Assembly (NCBI GenBank): GCA_010909165.1
Contig: MU008162.1
Span: 1,116,001-1,180,000 of the forward strand
Direction of reading: 5' to 3'
Source: Anthoceros angustus
Lineage: Eukaryota; Plantae; Anthocerotophyta
DNA length: 64,000 bases
Position 1 is the first letter of the stretch; every line of letters starts with the position of its first letter. Positions 39,061 through 51,614 of the stretch are shown piece by piece. The position numbers and the translations under genes were made by a program. A model generated the notes under the pieces. That model worked only from the letters and a program-made list of their open reading frames with translations. It was not told the DNA's origin and searched no databases.

Positions 39061-40932
39061 AATTACCTCTCTCACCTAGGCAAGATAACCCTCTAGGAGG
39101 AGCTCTCTTTACCATGGCGCATTTCAGGGCTTTGTCTTCTACTGCCTCTTCGGCGTGGGAATGCTTGTATCCGTCTGTGGCCGACGATACCCATATCCTT
39201 GGTCTTGGAGACAAGGTTAAAGTGGCGTTTGATTTCTTCGCTTCAGAGCTCTCCCGCCTCGGTTTGAAGGTCAAAATCATCAAGTGCAAGGTTTGGTCTC
39301 CCTCTGGCGTTGTGCCTTTGCTCCGGTATGCGGAGGGGGATATTGCTTGTCCGCCAGGGCTTCGGGTTCTTGGTGTCCCGATTGGGCCTCCTGCCTTCAC
39401 CCGGGATTATGTGGACGCGGCTTTGGTTGAGGATTTGGCGCACATCGACGACCTTTCTCAACTGGGAGACCCGCAAGTGGCATTGGGATCCTCTCCTTTT
39501 GTTTTGCGCGCCTGCCAGGGTACCTTCTCCGAACGGTAGCCCCCTCCCGGTTTTGTTGTCTAGCCTAAGGAATTTCGATAAGCGGCTTATGCAGGTTTTA
39601 GGCGACATCATTGGCCCAGGCACCTTCGAGTGTGCGGCCGGGGATCTTGCGAAGCGGCAGGCATTCCTTCCCATCGCTTTTGGGGGCACTAGTTTGCTGG
39701 CCACGGAGGCCTCTGCGCTAGCGGCTTTCTTAGGGAGCTGGGCTCTCTCTGCCCCCATCTTGTCCTCCCGTTTCTTAATTCGGCATTCACATATCCTGGA
39801 GGCTTTTGTCGCGGGCATTGAGGAGGGGACTTTTCCTATGCAAGCCTCACTAAGATTAGCCAGGGACTCTTTATCCTTTGAGGCGAGGGCTGCCATGCCG
39901 TCTTTTTCCTCGCTTTATGAGGTTGGGCTCCGGGGGCTTCAGGCGTCCCTACTGGAGAAACAGTATGGGCAGGTGCAATTGGCCCTCCTCCGGGATTCCT
40001 CCATTCCTAGGCCCGCTCGGGCTCGTCTCCGCTCTTGCTCAAGGGAGGGGGCAGGTTCCTGGCTTCTGGCTCGACCTAGTATTCACGCGTTTTGCATCGC
40101 ACCAGCAACTTTTTCCACCACGATGCGTTTTCGCCTTGGCTTGGTCCATCCTCTGGCTTGCTCTCTTTCTACTTGTAGCTGTAGGGCTCCTCTCGATGAC
40201 TCTGGGACACACTTAGCTCGTTGTCCCGCCGGTGGGAAGCGTATTGCTACACATGACGCCGTCCGGGACGTCATGTTTTCTATTGCTAGGGAAGGCAGGT
40301 TCCTTCCATTTAGGGAGCGCCCTTACACCTTGCTCAATGGGGTTTCGCTTAGGGCAGACCTATTTTTGACCCGAGGGGATCAGGTTTCGGTTGCTGATGT
40401 GGTTGTTACCGATCCCACCCGGGAGAGTGTGTGCGAACATGTTATTCTTAACCCTCCAGGTTGGGCGGCGGAGGGATGCGCGACGGCTAAGGTCCACAAG
40501 TACTCTCCTATGCAGGACGGCCATGCCTTCTTCCCCCTTGCCATTGAGACTCACGGAGCCATGGGCAAGGATTTCTCTAGGTTCGTCAAGGCCTGCGCCA
40601 AGGCTAATCATAGCAGTAGGAATGGGTTGGCCTCCCCCTTTCTTGTGTTGTTGCTTTCTTCTGGCAGAGGGTTTCCATCGCTCTGCAGAGGGCATTGGCT
40701 AACGCAGTATATAGAACGACAGCGAGCGCGGGAGATGCAGCTTCTTCGATACCGTGGTAGGTAGGCCTTTTTACATCCCTGACCAGGAAGTTCTTCGGGC
40801 GGTTGGTAGTTTTGAAATGCGTGATCGTGGGGGCTAGTCCCCCTGGCTTTGTGCCCTTCGTTGGGTTTTTCCTCCTTTGTTTTTGGGTGGATGGGTTTTT
40901 CCCATCTCTTTTTTATAATAAAGTCTTCTTTT
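39061..40932 (+). mobile_element. 5'-truncated non-LTR retrotransposon with restriction-like endonuclease (CRE-clade-like), frameshifted
   Basis: RT end RQDNPLGGALF, PSVADDTHILG, GLRVLGVPIG; knuckle CSC-x9-H-x3-C; THDAVRD; RADL..ADVVV; AKVHKY; PLAIETHG; shifted frame gives QRVSIALQRALA; 3' UTR hairpin. Confidence 0.88.
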
Positions 40933-41384
40933 CCGCACTTTATATCAACTTTTGTCTATATATGAGGGTTGGAACCTTGAATTTGCATATGACTTCATTC
41001 CCACCATTCCGGCAAAGCCTCCAATATTGAAGTTTTCTTCCATTAGGGTTCTGGATTTTGTGGCGTCTTTGTTTGGGGGCCTTGAGCTAATATCCAGAGG
41101 TGGAATCACAGCTGACCGTTCCAATGTACAGCTGCAAGTAGCTCCACCAAGAGGTCAGCAACGAAGTTTCCTTGATCCTAAATTTACCTGCTGCTACCGT
41201 GCAAACTGGCAAAACCTCACATCGTGCTGGGCGAGATGAATTGCCAGTCGGGCACATCCACCAGACCTTGGCAGCCCGGTCATGGCTAACTTTCGCCAGG
41301 TGCCGTACAATCCGGCACGTGATTAGGGCCAAGCTCGACAGAAACGCCGCCGCTAAAAATGTCTGCCACGTTGGTTACGTCTCC

Positions 41385-41424
41385 GGGTCTGCGGGTCTGC
41401 GGGTCTGCGGGTCTGCGGGTCTGC
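41385..41424. repeat. (GGGTCTGC)5 in the CHX copy-2 promoter
   Basis: Five exact 8-bp units, absent from the homologous copy-1 promoter. Confidence 0.9.
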
Positions 41425-41789
41425 GGCGGCGGACGAGAGGTCTTGTATTTCTGTGTAATTCTGTGAAGTGAGGAAATTGGGTCCAGTGGCATTTGGATTC
41501 CGAGACATGTCTCCGCCTCGGGTAAGGGCTATAAAGCCGGCCTCTGATAACGCGCACCTCACATTCCGACTGCCGCGCTCAGCTACGTTCCGCCCCAGCA
41601 AACAGTTTTCAGCCAGCTCCTTCTCCCGCTTCGGCCTGCCCCACTCCGCCTCCCTTCCCTTCCGCTCTGCTGCTGCCAAGCTCCCGCCTCTGCTTTACTC
41701 GCGCGCCGCTCTGCCCTGCCCCTGGTCTAGCTGCGCGCAGCGGTGCTTGCGCGGGCTCGCGGATTCTTTCAAGGAAGGAAAAAAGGGAC

Positions 41790-41851
41790 GAAGGAAGGAA
41801 GGAAGGAAGGAAGGAAGGAAGGAAGGAAGGAAGGAAGGAAGGAAGGAAGGA
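41790..41851. repeat. (GAAG)~15 microsatellite upstream of CHX copy 2
   Basis: Continuous gaaggaagg...; the copy-1 homologous site (~29330-29360) has only ggag/ggac units. Confidence 0.95.
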
Positions 41852-42419
41852 GGGATTGGATTTTGTGTTAGCTGTGGTCGTCGGCAGGACTGCAATTCTG
41901 GAGACCTGTCTTGTGACTGGTTGGTTTTGTGATTTCTTCTGAGCTGTTGAAGCTGTGATCTGACTTGTGGATCTCGGAATTACCGGAAGTAGTTGCATGC
42001 AAGGCTGGGGAATTTGTAGGGATCGAGTAGTGGTTTGTGAGGCGTGGTTAGTGTTTGGCGGAGCTGGAACGCTTGCCAGCGGCTCTCGGTGGATGTTCGA
42101 GGAGCTTATATTTTGTTTTCCGTGTTTTGCTTCAGGTTTTGGTTTTGGCTTTAGGTGTGAGCGCCTGATTTGCGGATGTGCGGGATCTGGAAGCTTGTGA
42201 GAAGCAGGAGATGGAGCTCCCGGCGAAAAGCTGTGAACTATGGAGGTCTTTCTACCGGGCGTGGATTTGCTGAGCTCACGTCGGGCCGCTCCCGGGAGTG
42301 TGGAACTCCAGGCAAGCTGTTGCGGTCATCTGCGGATTTGCTGGTCCTGTAAGGTGGAATTTTCTTTTCGGCGTCGGTGATTTCATTTGGTGGAGATGTC
42401 GGGACTTCATTTGGTGGAG

Positions 42420-45269
42420 ATGGCGGCCGCCGCCGTTGGCAACGCTTCCTGCAAGTGCCCCAAACCTATGGCGGCTACCTCCAACGGCGCGTGGCAGGGG
42501 GATAGTCCGATCCATTTCGCCTTGCCTCTGCTGATCATTCAGATTTGTATTGTGCTCCTGCTGTCGAGAACGATTGCGGTCATTCTGAAGCCCCTGAGGC
42601 AGCCTCGAGTTATCGCAGAGATCATTGTAAGCTTTCCTTGTCCGCCCGTTGGGATTCGCTCCAGGCTCAAGTTTGTCCTTACAGTTGTCTTGGGATTAGA
42701 CCTCAGCAATGGCAGTTCCTTTATCGCTTTCTTGCTATCCATGTGCTTTTTCGCTCCTTGGCCCGTTGTGTCTGTGCTCTGACTTTTGCTTGTGCACGGC
42801 TGCAGGGAGGGATTCTGCTTGGACCATCGGGTATTGGACGCAATGCAAAATTTCTGAATAAGCTTTTCCCCAAACAGAGCCTGGTGGTATTGGACACTGT
42901 TGCCGGCCTGGGACTCATGTTCTTCTTGTTCCTTGTGGGACTTGAACTGGATCTGACTTCTGTCCGAAGGACTGGCCGCAAGGCACTGGCCATTGCAGCA
43001 GCTGGAATTACTCTACCATTTGTTGCAGGGGTTGGAGTTTCGTTTGTTTTGCATAACACGATAGCCGGGAGTGTGAAATTTGCCCCGTTTCTGGTTTTCA
43101 TGGGAGTGGCCATGTCCATCACTGCCTTTCCCGTGCTGGCTCGAATTCTTGCTGAGCTCAAGCTCTTGACTACAGAAGTAGGTCAGATGGCTATGTCAGC
43201 TGCAGCCGTGGACGATGTGGTTGCTTGGGTTCTGTTGGCCCTTGCAATTGCCCTGGCCGGCTCGTCCAGTACTACCGGACACAAGAGCCCTGAAATTGTG
43301 GCATGGGTTCTTCTTTCAGCAGCAGCTTTTGTGATCTTCATGTTTCTTGCGGTGAAGCCTGCTGTAACTTGGCTTATCAGAAGATCAGGGAATGGTCAAC
43401 CTGGGGAGCTGACTATAGTGTTAACGTTAGCTGGAGTGTTGCTGGCTGGCTTCTGTACAGATTTGATTGGGATCCATTCAATTTTCGGGGCCTTCCTGTT
43501 TGGACTCATCATTCCCAAGGATGGGCCATTTGCCGGGCAAGTGATTGAAAAGATTGAAGACCTTGTCATGACATTGTTTTTGCCCCTCTATTTCGCATCA
43601 AGTGGACTGAAAACAAATATTGGGTCTGTCCATGGAGCTCAGGCTGGTGGTTTATTGGTGTTGGTGGTAACTGTCGCCTGCGGGGGCAAGATTCTGGGGG
43701 CGTCATTGGTTACGTGGCTACATGGAGTGAAAGTCAGACAGGCACTCACTCTTGGAGTTCTTATGAATACCAAGGGTTTGGTGGAGCTCATTGTGCTGAA
43801 CATCGGGAAGGATCGCAAGGTATTTCATTGTTCATATAGCATTTTCCCTTGGGGTAGCAGTGTCTGTCAACATATGTAGTGAGGGTTGCTGTCTTGGCGA
43901 GTCATTCCAGTGACTGATGAAATTGTGTGCGCAGGTTCTGAATGACGAAGTTTTTGCGATAATGGTTATCATGGCTCTATTTACGACATTCATAACCACG
44001 CCCATCGTTATGTTTCTATATAAACCAACAGGAATTTCCGCTCCCCCCTACAACAGGAGGAAGCTGGACATGGAGTCCAGGAAGGAGGAGTTTAGACTTA
44101 TAACCTGTGTGCACGGAGTGACCCATGTGCCCGCCATGATCAATCTGACGGAAGCGAGTCGGGGAACAAGGAAGCCTGCGGTGCGGCTCTTCATTTTGCA
44201 CCTGGTGGAACTGTCTGAACGTTCTTCTGCCATTAGGCTGGTACAGCGTGCAAGGAGGAATGGCCGTCCCTTTTTCAACAGCAGTGTGGGAACCCAAGAG
44301 AGGGACGAAATCGTAGTTGCCTTTGAGGCATATGCCCAGTTATCAAAGGTGACAGTGCGACCCATGACTGCCATTTCTAACTTGTCTGATATGCATGAGG
44401 ACATATGTTCAACTGCAGAAGATAAGCGAGTTTCCATCATCTTTCTGCCATTCCACAAGCACATGCGGGTGGATGGTGTTTTGGAGGGAGGAAATGCTGG
44501 CTTCCGTGCAGTCAATCAGAAGGTGCTGCAGCATGCTCCGTGCTCTGTGGCCATTGTGGTCGACAGAGGCCTTGGTGGAGCTCAAAGGGCTTCCAGCACC
44601 GTGGATCACTCAGTAGCTGTGCTTTTCTTTGGAGGCCAGGATGACAGAGAAGCTCTCGTCCTAGCCAAGCGCATGGCTGAGCACCCAGGTGTGAAGTTGA
44701 AAGTGATCAGGTTCAAACAGGACCCCACGGCACAGGATCAGGCGATTACCTTATCTGGTGACGAAGGTGCCCCTCCAGCACCTGGACATGCACTATCAGG
44801 TGGTGGTGGTCCCAGCAAGGATACTCACGATTCCTACCACGTAGTGATGGCGGGAATTGATGCCCAAAAGCAGCAGGAACTGGATGAGGACGCTCTGGCT
44901 CGAGTCCAGGAGGAGATAGCACATGGTGCTAGCGGTGGAGGAGCGCCATCGGTGGTATTCGAGGAGCTATCCATCCACGACCCTGTGCAAGCAGCTCAGC
45001 GAATCGGATGGTCTAACGAGTTTGACCTAATAATTGTGGGGATGGGTCGGAAACCAGGCCCTCTGATCGCCAATGTGGCCCACCATCCGGCGGAACATGC
45101 GGAGCTGGGACTCATCGGTGACGCGCTCAATGCATCCAGCGGGCCGCAGACCAAGGCGTCAGTGCTTGTCGTCCAACAGTTTGATCCGGATCTCATGACG
45201 ACCTACTCCGGTGGCAGGGTGACCATTCAGGAGGGCATAAACTCACCGGACATCATCAGCTCGGCATGA
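42420..45269 (+). CDS. CHX: Cation/H+ exchanger (CHX), copy 2; AAVNDV changed to AAVDDV
   Basis: Exons 42420-42626, 42806-43819, 43935-45269; same structure as copy 1 at a +12,480 offset in the 5' part; ORF intact. Confidence 0.95.
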
Positions 45270-47114
45270 CATGCAGGGTGAAGGTGAATGACCAACCTCG
45301 AGGCCATCCGTCAGGAAGGATTTGTGTCTGGAATGTGTTCGCGTTGTACTATAGATTGACGGGTCTATAATTGGAAGGTGGGGGTTAGGAGTTTCAAGGA
45401 CCTCTCTAGCAGCTCTTTAGGGCTCTGGAAAACCTGTCATCGAGTTCTGAGATGTGTGACACTTGTATGTTCGGTAATTATGTAGTATGAATGGCAATGT
45501 CCTCCGAATCGTCCTTCGCGCTGTGATGCAGGCTTTCTGTTTGTCACTGGTGCGTGCTTCAGCACTTGGCAAGTTGGCGTAGGCTCGCCGAGCACATTGC
45601 CAGCGTTAGTGAGCTTGTTAAGCTCGTGGCCAGAGCGCTACGCTCGGCGCGAACATATGGCCCACAGTTAGGACAACCCGAAAGTTTCGAAATTATTCTC
45701 TTTTGGGGCTGAGCTGAACAACACCACCTGGCTCCATGCGCTGAGGGGGAGTTCTCGCTTCGTCCCACGAGTCCACTGGTCGATCCGTTTCCATCGGACT
45801 CGGCCATCAGTCTCCATTGCGGCCTGATCGAGCCGATCGGAATCGATCGCAGGGATGTACTGGCCGAGCTTCTTAGTCGCCACAGAAAAAGCCGTATGTA
45901 TGCAAAGCCGTCCGTCCAGGAAGCCGCAGAGCTGGGCCGCTGCTGTGGAGCTAAGCGGGGCAAGGAAGGCAAACTCGCTCGAACATCTTGCGTCTCAACC
46001 AGCCCTTGCGCAGTGTCCGTCTTTGTTCTGGAGCCTTTACATTTGGCCCGTTCAATTTAGGCCTGAGATCAACCAATCGATCGGCTTTAATCAGCTTTGA
46101 TTGATTGAAAGCTGTGTGGACACAACATCTTCCGAGGGTGGCAACCAAAATCGGCTTGAGGATGGCCAGCAAAACTGGCATACTGGCATTCCATCTCAGG
46201 GCATGTCCAGCGTCCACCTTATGACGGTAGAATCGTGGTGTTCTTCAGATCGATTTGTTCTCTATATGTGCTGCTAGTCGCGGCCTACCGGGGCCTGTCG
46301 CAACATATAGATGTACACATGTCGCAAAGGAGGAAAGAAAGCAGCAGGACTCAGCATACGCGCCGACCTGGTGGCTGGCTCCCCAAGGCCCAGGCTGATA
46401 AGCAACATGTGCCTTGGAAAAGCATTTCTTTTGGTAACGGGAGCTGCTTTCTTCAGGCTGGGAAGCTCTTGGCTCTGGACTGGATGTAGAAAGTTTTGTA
46501 AAAGTATCAGCTTCTCGATAGCTACGGTTGGCCAAAGGACCTGTACTGCCACGAGACCCTTCTCATTGTGATGTATCACTTTGTATCTACTCACTTCTGC
46601 TTTGCGCGACAACCAAGTTATGTGCATCCAGAGTTCCTGAAGGTCCTAGACACATCATGCGCGGCAACTACCAAATTCTAGTAAGTAGATGTCTTTTCCA
46701 GGAATACTCACGAGACCAGTTTCTGCCTGCTTGACAGTAACTCTTGAGACTGGTGGCAGGATTGCGTCTTCACCTTCCTTCACCCGGAAGGCGAAAACTA
46801 GAAGTCAGCGAAAGATCAAGATCCTGCAAATGAACAAACACCGGATGGTAAGGTTCATGGCTGACCTTCATCCAGCGTACCGAGTGAAGATGCCAGCCTC
46901 ACGGCCAGTATAGCACCACTTATACCTGACTTGAGTAACCCACAAGAATCCCCACTATGTTGTGGCCAATGGTTGAGGAGCACGGACGGAATCCTCCTTG
47001 TCCTGACATTCCATCTCCCCAGAATCTTGTTGAGCCAAGAGACCTGCAAGTCTTTCCCTTATCTCACATGCATGTCAGCGATGAGAGAGGCCCTGAACTT
47101 GTCCTGAGCGCTTG

Positions 47115-48919
47115 CTAGGTACTCAAGTCTTGAGAAGCATTTGGCATGCCATTGCTTTGACTCGAGGCCACTTCCAGCTCTCCAGCTTTGCCACACTTCC
47201 CTCTGTGAAAGCAAGCTAGGAACTCCGTGTTTCCTTCAGCACCCTTGATCGGAGATTCTATCCACCCTTGGCATTTAAAACCCAAAGATTCCACCCCACT
47301 TACGATCCTGTGCAGCACCTGTAAAGATTTCATCAGACCACAATAGGACATGGTATAAGATTGGCAACAACCATAACATTCTCAGGGTACCTCTTTGTGT
47401 ACTTCTGGATCTCGTACGATTCCTCCACCTCCAACCTGCAATACAGACCAGCAAATTGAGTCCAGGTATCAAGTCATTGTTTTTTTGCATTTGTGCTCTA
47501 CAGTCTACCACATAAGCCCATAACCTGATTCCTTTTGGCCTCAAATTGAGGCTTTATAAGAGTGATCAACGTCGAATCTGGCTTCATCAAAGCTGATACA
47601 GCAGGCAGAACCTGATTACCAAGACCAACATTAGTCACTGGATACGTTTTGCCAACCCAGAATACGCACAACAACTGTACCATGACTGTACAAACCAGGA
47701 GAATTGAAATAAAGGAGAGATCTAGAGTGACTAGATCCACCAGCTGAGGGAGTGATGGCAAATATCGCAGGTTGGTCCTTTCCATCACGACGACTCGTTT
47801 ATCTATTCGAATCTTCTCGGCAACCTAGTTTGCACAGATGACTTTAGCCGATCAGCGTCTTCCACAGGAATGAACATGATCCTTTACGCCGGAAGGTAGA
47901 AAGTAAGATCACCTGACCATAGCCGACATCGACTCCAAATATTAAAGAGGCACCATTTTGCAATAAGCAATCCGCAAATCCACCTGTAGAAAGCCCAGCA
48001 TCTAACACAACTTTGCCCTCCACCTCAGTAACAAAATGGTGAAGTGCTGCCTCTAGTTTATACCCTGCCCTGCGTTTGAGAAAATTCAGCATCGGTGTTG
48101 GCAACCAGGCTCAAACCCACGAAAGAAAAGCCTTGAAAGAACGAAGGGTGTCAAGCCTTCACTCACCTGCATACAAATCTGGGCACCTCAGCAGTTATGG
48201 TGATATTCTGACTTTCCGAGACAGACGTTCCAGCCTTATCTGCAGGCTGTCCATCAACCAAAACCTTCCCTGCAGCACAGCTGTCATTGAACCTCAGTTC
48301 CCCTACGAGGCAGACAACGGATACCAGCCTTCATAAGATAAGATGCAACAGACAAGAATGGTGAGCCACAGACCTTGAAGAATCCAGGATTGAATTAGGG
48401 AACGGCTGTATTGAGGATACCTCTCAACACACAATTCGTCGAGCCTGCGCCGTTTTTTGTGCACCACCCTGTCACGACGATTGTTTCGTTCAACAAAGAA
48501 AATCGGAAAACAACACTGTAGCTCACGCCTTACGCATTGCCTTACACGCTCTGGCTGGCCAGGTCGAGCATTACCAACCTGCTGCCCTGCCCACCCCCGG
48601 CTGCAGCCTGCTTTGACGATGAGAGAAACCGAGGCTTCAGTGCGAGACCAGAGTAGAACTTGAGGACTCGATTACCTGAATCAAACATCCCACACCCAAC
48701 AAAAAACAATGCCGATTTACTCTTAGGCCGCACGCAAGCAAACAACATAGCCGAACAATGCACAACTCTACGCAGAGGTGAAACCAGCGCAAGGGACTGA
48801 CCATTCACCACCTTCAGGCTGCCAGCAGATACAGGATCACGAACCCACATTACAAGAGGCAGAGAGCAGCCGGGAGAAAGCGCTCGAGAGAGAGCGATGC
48901 CCAGGAAACACCTAGCCAT
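47115..48919 (-). CDS. TlyA/YqxC-like rRNA 2'-O-methyltransferase (S4 + FtsJ domains) with transit-peptide-like N-terminus
   Basis: Exon peptides KKRRRLDELCVERYPQYSRSLIQSWILQG, AGYKLEAAL, VLDAGLSTGGFADCLLQ, GVDVGYGQ, MERTN, DLSFIS, LIKPQFEA, SPIKGAEGNTEFL. Confidence 0.9.
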
Positions 48920-49843
48920 CTTCTGCAGAATCACATCGACCTCACGACCCAATCCAACAGCAGCAACAAATCGCTAAGCAAGCTCGCCTGCCGAATCTGT
49001 CGATGCCTGTAAACCAGGGGACAAGCATCAACTCGAATCTGTGCATCCGACTCCTCTTCAGACTGAGCTCTGCAAGGAAATTCCAGCATATGAAGGCATT
49101 TTGCTATTGCGGCAAAATTGATGCGTCCCTTGGACAGGCCTCTGCCTTCTATGCCTACAAACCCCTTCATTAGAAAGTGACCCTACTAGCACTTGTAATC
49201 AGACTGAACTACAGGTACCTATATAACATTATGTGCTATGTACCCTCCCACTTCCGCGCACCCTGGAGATACATCGGAGCTTGAGGAGGCTGCTGCAGGA
49301 GTTCATGGGAGACATCGTGAATATTTAAGATCGGAGCACCATGTGCTTCGAACGTTGTCGGTATCAATACATAGTGTCTTTTACATAGTACATAGGAAGC
49401 CAGTGCAGCTCCATAGAATGGAATGGCCACGATTCACAGCATTTCGAAGTTCATTTTGTCAGTACACTCAGCTCCAGAAGGAATGGTTGCCGAGAACGAT
49501 ACATGATGGAGAAAACTCCGAGGGGGAGATAGCGGACATGGAAAGGGGTTATCTCAATACAGGGACTCTCGATCTGTTGCTTACCCCAAGAGACGGTAAC
49601 GACGAGATTTGGATACAATACTTAGCTTACGGAATTTAATTATTTAAATATATAATCTATAAATGAGAGGCAAAAAAAAGTAAAGTTTTTTTTTCCATTG
49701 ACGATTTCGTTGTGAGCTCTCCCAAACAAGTTTCTACTTGCTATCATGCATATATGAGGTTAATCATTCTAGAAATATCCTATTCTTACTTGCCATCATG
49801 CATATATGAAGTAAATCATTCTAGAAATATCGTATCTAGAGGT

Positions 49844-51324
49844 ATGGCATACCAAAGAGGACAGAGGGGATGGGGCATTTTTTTTCTCGCGAAAGCCATG
49901 CAAGACGTAGGCATCTTGAGGAATATACTCTAGATTTGAGTACCGATTGTTTTCTCACAGCACATGGTGTTATGTCCGCTTTGGCGCCCTAACCAAGAGC
50001 AGCCAAGCACCAAATGGGACACACACTTTTCCTCCTCGAAACGGGTTGTTTGCTTCAAAAATTTTGTGTCCTTCCAACTTTGAAAACAGAGAGCCGGGAC
50101 ACTATGTTTTCACAGTCTTCCGCCCTACCTTCTGCGATTATGTTTTCTTCGATGCTATCCCATGGCCGCCAAACCCTAACCTGCCCACCGCTACCGACCG
50201 CACTAACTGTTGCAAACCCTACCTCACCATGCCATGGTCTTGAAGGCAATGACGGCCGCCGCCTCGACGCGCCACGCGCACGGACCTCGCCCACCGCCGC
50301 CCGCCGCCGAGGAGGCAAGTGACGCAAAGATTGCAGCCATGCAACCGAGGCCATGGAAATGCGGCCAGCTTGCACATTCGGTGCAATACACAAATGTAAC
50401 ACCCATGTACATGTGGGTTTCACCCGCGCTGTCCCGCACCGCCCGCCCCGCCGCCCGCCCGCCTTGACCCGCCCGCCCATCCTCGCCTGACTGCACTCCG
50501 CCCGCCCCACCGCCCGCCCGCCTCGCCTTCCTTGACCCGCCGCCGCCTCCATCCTCGCCTGCATGACCCGCCCGCCCCACCGCCGCCCGCCCCGCATGAC
50601 CCGCCTTCATCTTCGCTTGACCGCAGCCCGCCCGCCCGCCCGCCCGCCCGCCCCACCGCCGCCGCTCGCGTTGCCCGCACCGCCCGCCCCACCGCCGCCC
50701 GCCTCGCTCGGACGTCCGCCCAACTTCCGCCGCAGGTTGGGCTCGCCCGCCCGCCCCACCTACGTGCGGCTCGACCACGCCTGGACTCGCCGCCGCTCGC
50801 CACCCGATCCCAACGTGCTCGCCGCCCGCCTTGACCGCAGCCCGCCGCCGCTCGACGCACCGCCCGCCTCGATGCACCGCCACGCACTCGCCGCCCGCCA
50901 CGCGCACGGACCTCGCCCTCCTTCCCTGCCTGCCTCGCTGCCTCGCCGGTCGCCTCGAGCGGCCCGTCCGCCGGCCCCACCAAGCCTCTGTTCCTCGCCC
51001 CTACCCTAAACCCTGATCCACTCTCATAGGAGGTGAACCCTAAAACTGGGGGCAAGCTACTTGGCGCACCCTACAGTGCAAGAGAGCGCGCGCGGAAAAA
51101 AAAAAAATGTTGGTGCGCGCGCGAGAAAAAACCACAGTGAGTAATGGAAAAAAAGTAAGTTCCTTTTTTGTGTATCGGTAAGCACGAAGTGGCCGCTTTG
51201 GTGTGTCCGCTTTAGGCTACCCGATTTCGGACGGGTTACCAAACCGGACACCAAAAAGACGTGTGGTGTGAACAAAAGTTCTGCGCGTGAAAAAAATGCC
51301 CCATCCCCTCTTTGGTATGCCATG
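49844..51324. mobile_element. ~1.5-kb non-autonomous DNA-transposon-like element with ~35-40-bp TIRs and a GC-rich core
   Basis: Left ATGGCATACCAAA(GAGGAC)AGAGGGGATGGGGCATTTTT; right end reverse complement ATGGCATACCAAAAGAGGGGATGGGGCATTTTT; AGAGG flanks both sides (49838-42, 51327-31); interior 50240-51000 is C-rich CCG/CCCG repeats bracketed by AAACCCT motifs. Confidence 0.7.
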
Positions 51325-51614
51325 CAGAGGGCTGTTTAGGAGGGTAATGCTGAAATAATTATTTTTTAAAAAATATAGGTTCAATATTTTCTAATTTAAA
51401 TATTTTAGAATTAATTTTATTATATTTTAAATTCTATTAAAATATATACTTATTTAAAACTAAGTATAGACTTCCTTCAAGCAAGCCCTAGTTTCAAAGT
51501 GAGTGCAACGTTCTGCTCCGATCCGGTGTGGTAGGCCTCCCGATGCCTCTCCGTCATTCTTGGCCTTCGATCCTTGTGTGCTAGGCCTACTGATGCTTCT
51601 CCGCCTGCTCACCT

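Noticed and set aside
50055-51055. ORFs of 148-227 aa in the GC-rich core
   Set aside because: Open frames on both strands are expected in stop-poor CCG/GGC low-complexity DNA; the products are Arg/Gly/Ala/Pro runs with no domain.
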